A stretch of DNA of 64,000 nucleotides, taken from Schmidtea polychroa (taxonomy: Eukaryota). The stretch covers positions 31,622,001-31,686,000 of the forward strand of contig CM097885.1 of assembly GCA_044892525.1 (NCBI GenBank), in the 5' to 3' direction. The notes beneath the pieces were generated by a model, which saw nothing but the letters and a program-made list of their open reading frames with translations, ran no database searches and was not told the origin of the DNA. Of this stretch, positions 61,502 to 64,000 are shown in pieces. A program made the position numbers and the translations under genes. Position 1 is the first letter of the stretch. Each line of letters opens with the position of its first letter.

Positions 61502-61905
61502 TGATGATTTCTTCATAGCAGCATTTATTATTTAAAACAATAAAATGATAATTTAAGCCTTTTGCTGCAAATAATGTATTTAATGAAAATATTTTCGACT
61601 ATAAGATAGTCTTTGTCAATCTCCTGGAATTTAGCAATGTTCTCCCGAAAATACCTTTCAATCTTTCTTTTATTTCCTTTCTCTTAATTCTCATTGGTTA
61701 TCAATATAATATATACTTTCGTTTAAAGAATTTTTATTAAAAATTTATTTAAATTTTATTGAAAAATAAAATTAAAAATAAAATAAAATAAATACCATTT
61801 AAAATTCCAAAATGACAAACTAAAAATTTTTAAATTTTTTTATAAAGCTTCTATAATTAGCTTCTAGAAGCCTAATAAAATATTTCAAAATATTTTAAAA
61901 TAAAG
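61502..61905 (-). mobile_element. Penelope-like element copy D (3' region and pLTR) between two (TTA)n tracts
   Basis: Reverse-complement match to ~42010-42406. Confidence 0.85.
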
Positions 61906-61952
61906 CCAAATAAAGCCAAATAAAGCAAAAGTCTGAAATTATCATTTTATTG

Positions 61953-62018
<66 letters not shown>

Positions 62019-62963
62019 CATTATTATTATTATATTTATTATTATTATTATTATTATAAACTTAGAAGCCTTTTATTCGATGGAAACATTTTGTAATATA
62101 ATAGTTTTCAGTTTAGTTAAGATGTTTAGTTTTGTTTTCTTTTAAAATTCATTTTATTCATTTTTATGCACTATAAATTTGATTAAATACTATTACGAAA
62201 TTTAAAATAAAGAATTAGAAAAGTAGAATTTGTGAATGTTTCAAAATTCTTTTTTGAAGACTATTTTAAAAATAATTCTAAACTCTAGAAGTCGATATTT
62301 CAATTTTCATTTTTTGATGTTTTTATTAATTTGCATTTACATATTTTACAAAATCTATAAGAAAAATGCATAGCTAATTTTTAACGAAATTATGAAAATT
62401 TGTCAATTCTCCAATTTTCTTAGAAAATCAAAATATTCCATTGAAGTAAAAAAAGATTTCAAATATGCTTTGCGATGTAATAACGATTTCGTAAATGTTC
62501 TCATACAAGGAGGCTAGGATTAGATAGCTGCTATTAAAATTTAAAATGCTTCTTTAAAACAAAATATTGTATATTATATAAATATTTCCATTGGTGATAA
62601 TTAATTTCATTAATATGTAAAATGCCCCACTATTTATTCTCAAAATTTGTTGATATGAATATTTTGAATAAAATGAATAACAATGAAAATAAATATTGTT
62701 GAATAAAAATCAAATGAACTTCTGTTAATAATAATAAATATAAACCAAAATAGTTTATGAAAATTAATTGTGTTGAATTATTATGACAACAGTATTTGAT
62801 ATTAATAATAGATTAGTGAATTGGAAAAATATTAACATAGATTTTTTTTGCTTTTTAGTTGAGAGAATTTAAATATTTTAACTTTATAATTTATTACGAT
62901 ATGTATATATTATCTTAATAAAATGTTTTGTTGTTTTGAAACAATTTCAGTATAATAATAATG

Positions 62964-63068
<105 letters not shown>

Positions 63069-63210
63069 TTTTTCAATTTTCACGACTGATTTCCTTTCAA
63101 TTGACATTTTATATTTTAAAAAAACTTGACTATGAATCAGTAATGATATCAGAAAAATATCATTATCTTTATTGATTCATAGTCAAGTTTTTAAATAAAT
63201 ACAATTATTA

Positions 63211-63257
<47 letters not shown>

Positions 63258-63304
63258 AATTTTTATTTATTTATTTTTTTTTAATTTTTTTTATTATTAT
63301 TTAG

Positions 63305-63530
63305 TTTAAAGGTTTATCAAGGAAAAACACAGTACCAGAATACAAAGTTCAAGAAATTCGCAGCAATAATTTAATTCTTTTACATTATAGCCTGTTCAAA
63401 ATTATCTGGGACTGGCTGACTTTATTATCAACATTTTATGTTGCAGTTGTCGTTCCGTATAATGCGGCTTTCCTTGGGGCACGAAATTTAATAGCATGTG
63501 ATATAACAGTTGAGGTTCTTTTTGGAATAG
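63305..63530 (+). CDS. elk: Elk/Kv12 channel, coding exon 5 (S1-S2)
   Basis: TTTAG acceptor; FKGLSRKNTVPEYKVQEIRSNNLILLHYSLFKIIWDWLTLLSTFYVAVVVPYNAAF...CDITVEVLFGI; GTAAGT donor; phase matches exon 4. Confidence 0.95.
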
Positions 63531-63994
63531 GTAAGTATGATCTTGTATATTATACAATGTATAAGTATATAAAAGCATTACATAATTTTATTAATTACTT
63601 TGAATTTATTAATTACTTTGAATTTATTAATTGATGTTAAAATATAACAAATAGATATTGCAACTAAAATAATAACAAAATCTAGAAGTGTTTTAGGCTG
63701 AAAAATATTATAGAACATTATAAAGTTACATAATAAATTGCTATCATTTGTTATTTTGCGTTCAAATATTTAATGAAATTGTAGTGAAATAGACAAAACT
63801 GGATAATTGAGTTGTTTATTCTCTGTTTCTGTTTACATATAAAACATGAAAAATTTTTTATATACTTTGTTATTACATATTAAAATATTTCTTTTCATTT
63901 TTTCATTACTCTAAGTTTATATTTTTAAAAGTTCAATTTTATGTAAAAGATTTTTTTGATAGTTATTTTTAATTTTTTCTATAGATTTTCATAG

Positions 63995-64000
63995 AAATTA
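63995..64000 (+). CDS. elk: Possible start of Elk exon 6 (truncated by window end)
   Basis: T-rich tract with AG at 63984 and 63994. The second gives G|AA ATT = E-I, similar to the expected (D)IxLNF. Only 6 nt are visible. Confidence 0.3.

Overview
Very AT-rich, repeat-dense animal genomic DNA. The (AAT)n/(TA)n tracts, a 54-nt intron and the repeat mix suggest a planarian-type flatworm, but this is inference only. The one intact host gene is the 5' part of an Elk/Kv12 (KCNH3/4/8-like) voltage-gated K+ channel on the + strand: five coding exons (30559-63530) cover the PAS-cap, PAS/PAC, the Elk RRRSRAVLY motif and S1-S2, and the gene runs off the right end. Most of the rest is mobile-element debris. 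(1) A three-layer nest at 12.0-21.9 kb: a Penelope-like element is split by an AGTAG...CTACT element with a 6-bp TSD, which is itself split by an 8.2-kb AGTAG...CTACT element with a 6-bp TSD and ~2.9-kb inverted arms (Maverick/Polinton-type, non-autonomous). (2) A decayed Polinton-type PolB fragment. (3) Several Penelope-like copies carrying a conserved hammerhead-like motif. (4) A Ty3/Gypsy element interrupted by a MULE. (5) Many hAT and piggyBac MITEs with intact TSDs. (6) A decayed actin fragment. The most striking small feature is a compact structured module at ~37.6-37.75 kb (- strand). It joins a canonical minimal type I hammerhead ribozyme to a GAAA-tetraloop hairpin and a U1-snRNA-5'-end-like sequence paired with a 5' splice site. 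All calls were made by eye, without database searches.
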